Shown here in pieces: positions 61,401-64,000 of a stretch of 64,000 nucleotides of DNA. Position numbers and translations under genes: made by a program. The notes beneath the pieces are model-generated. The model did not search any database. It was not told the origin of the DNA and saw nothing but the letters and a program-made list of their open reading frames with translations. The DNA is taken from contig CM082589.2 of assembly GCA_040954595.2 (NCBI GenBank), positions 5,203,086-5,267,085 on the forward strand. The letters run 5' to 3'. Position 1 is the first letter of the stretch; each line of letters begins with the position of its first letter. This stretch comes from Balanoglossus misakiensis. Taxonomy: Eukaryota; Animalia; Hemichordata.

Positions 61401-64000
61401 ATTCTGGACGATTTTCATGGGCTATAACCCATGGTTTTTATCAAAAAATGACCAGATTTTGAAAATTCGCGAAGTCGAAAAATCGTCGATTCTGGACGAT
61501 TTTCATGGGCTATAACCCATGGTTTTTTATCAAAAAATGACCAGATTTTGAAAATTCGCGAAGTCGAAAAATCGTCGATTCTGGACGATTTTCATGGGCT
61601 ATAACCCATGGTTTTTATCAAAAAATGACCAGATTTTGAAAATTCGCGAAGTCGAAAAATCGTCGATTCTGGACGATTTTCATGGGCTATAACCCATGGT
61701 TTTTATCAAAAAATGACCAGATTTTGAAAATTCGCGAAGTCGAAAAATCGTCGATTCTGGACGATTTTCATGGGCTATAACCCATGGTTTTTATCAAAAA
61801 ATGACCAGATTTTGAAAATTCGCGAAGTCGAAAAATCGTCGATTCTGGACGATTTTCATGGGCTATAACCCATGGTTTTTATCAAAAAATGACCAGATTT
61901 GAAAATTCGCGAAGTCGAAAAATCGTCGATTCTGGACGATTTTCATGGGCTATAACCCATGGTTTTTATCAAAAAATGACCAGATTTTGAAAATTCGCGA
62001 AGTCGAAAAATCGTCGATTCTGGACGATTTTCATGGGCTATAACCCATGGTTTTTATCAAAAAATGACCAGATTTTGAAAATTCGCGAAGTCGAAAAATC
62101 GTCGATTCTGGACGATTTTCATGGGCTATAACCCATGGTTTTTATCAAAAAATGACCAGATTTTGAAAATTCGCGAAGTCGAAAAATCGTCGATTCTGGA
62201 CGATTTTCATGGGCTATAACCCATGGTTTTTATCAAAAAATGACCAGATTTTGAAAATTCGCGAAGTCGAAAAATCGTCGATTCTGGACGATTTTCATGG
62301 GCTATAACCCATGGTTTTTATCAAAAAATGACCAGATTTTGAAAATTCGAGAAGTCGAAAAATCGTCGATTCTGGACGATTTTCATGGGCTATAACCCAT
62401 GGTTTTTATCAAAAAATGACCAGATTTTAAAAATTCGCGAAGTCGAAAAATCGTCGATTCTGGACGATTTTCATGGGCTATAACCCATGGTTTTTATCAA
62501 AAAATGACCAGATTTTGAAAATTCGCGAAGTCGAAAAATCGTCGATTCTGGACGATTTTCATGGGCTATAACCCATGGTTTTTATCAAAAAATGACCAGA
62601 TTTTGAAAATTCGCGAAGTCGAAAAATCGTCGATTCTGGACGATTTTCATGGGCTATAACCCATGGTTTTTATCAAAAAATGACCAGATTTTGAAAATTC
62701 GCGAAGTCGAAAAATCGTCATTTTTGGACGATTTTCATGGGCTATAACCCATGGTTTTTATAAAAAAATGAAGAAATTTGATAATTCGCGAAGTCGAAAA
62801 ATCGTCATTTTTGGACGATTTTCATGGGCTATAACCCATGGTTTTTATGAAAAAATGAAGAAATTTTGATAATTCGCAAAGTCGAAAAATCGTCATTTTT
62901 GGATGATTTTCATGGGCTATAACCCATGGTTTTTATGAAAAAATGAAGAAATTTTGATAATTCGCAAAGTCGAAAAATCGTCATTTTTGGATGATTTTCA
63001 CGGGCTATAACCCATGGTTTTTATGAAAAAATGAAGAAATTTTGATAATTCGCAAAGTCGAAAAATCGTCATTTTTGGATGATTTTCATGGGCTATAACC
63101 CATGGTTTTTATGAAAAAATGAAGAAATTTTGATAATTCGCAAAGTCGAAAAATCGTCATTTTTGGATGATTTTCATGGGCTATAACCCATGGTTTTTAT
63201 GAAAAAATGAAGAAATTTTGATAATTCGCAAAGTCGAAAAATCGTCATTTTTGGATGATTTTCATGGGCTATAACCCATGATTTTATGAAAAAATGAAGA
63301 AATTTTGATAATTCGCAAAGTCGAAAAATCGTCATTTTTGGATGATTTTCATGGGCTATAACCCATGGTTTTTATGAAAAAATGAAGAAATTTTGATAAT
63401 TCGCAAAGTCGAAAAATCGTCATTTTTGGATGATTTTCATGGGCTATAACCCATGGTTTTTATGAAAAAATGAAGAAATTTTGATAATTCGCAAAGTCGA
63501 AAAATCGTCATTTTTGGATGATTTTCATGGGCTATAACCCATGGTTTTTATGAAAAAATGAAGAAATTTTGATAATTCGCAAAGTCGAAAAATCGTCATT
63601 TTTGGATGATTTTCATGGGCTATAACCCATGGTTTTTATGAAAAAATGAAGAAATTTTGATAATTCGCAAAGTCGAAAAATCGTCATTTTTGGATGATTT
63701 TCATGGGCTATAACCCATGGTTTTTATGAAAAAATGAAGAAATTTTGATAATTCGCAAAGTCGAAAAATCGTCATTTTTGGATGATTTTCATGGGCTATA
63801 ACCCATGGTTTTTATGAAAAAATGAAGAAATTTTGATAATTCGCAAAGTCGAAAAATCGTCATTTTTGGATGATTTTCATGGGCTATAACCCATGGTTTT
63901 TATGAAAAAATGAAGAAATTTTGATAATTCGCAAAGTCGAAAAATCGTCATTTTTGGATGATTTTCATGGGCTATAACCCATGGTTGTTATGAAAAAATG
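46483..64000. repeat. 88-bp tandem satellite array (about 199 monomers, runs off the window end), subfamilies A and B
   Basis: A = aaaaaatgaccagattttgaaaattcgcgaagtcgaaaaatcgtcgattctggacgattttcatgggctataacccatggtttttatc. B = aaaaaatgaagaaattttgataattcgcaaagtcgaaaaatcgtcatttttggatgattttcatgggctataacccatggtttttatg. The 60-nt line pattern recurs every 1,320 nt, which is 15 x 88. Blocks: A 46483-58978, B 58979-60298, A 60299-60738, hybrid then B 60739-61354, A 61355-62674, mosaics 62675 to about 62850, then B to the end. Confidence 0.99.

Noticed and set aside
46483-64000. CRISPR array (palindromic repeats at a regular period)
   Set aside because: There are no unique spacers, the whole 88-bp unit is repeated, the context is eukaryotic, and there are no cas genes.

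Overview
Intron-rich animal genomic DNA that looks like an invertebrate deuterostome; the taxon cannot be proven from sequence alone. It has three zones. (1) 1-14.2 kb is a glycobiology cluster. It holds the 5' end of a minus-strand C-type lectin gene, a plus-strand type II Golgi carbohydrate sulfotransferase (CHST8-14/HNK-1ST-like), and a paralogous minus-strand 8-exon type I membrane protein of about 1,990 aa. That protein has a signal peptide, two non-canonical C-type lectin domains, a 1,514-aa Thr-rich mucin exon with 29 x 48-aa repeats, a TM helix and a Tyr-motif tail. (2) 25.0-43.2 kb is a complete 28-coding-exon GREB1/GREB1L orthologue of about 1,941 aa, reconstructed by hand with consistent splice phases; its introns carry small MITEs and microsatellites. 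(3) 46.5 kb to the window end is about 199 copies of an 88-bp satellite built almost entirely from short inverted repeats. It has two alternating subfamilies that differ partly by CpG decay, plus nascent higher-order repeats, and is a centromere or pericentromere candidate. Most short ORFs in the supplied track are shadows of these exons or repeats.
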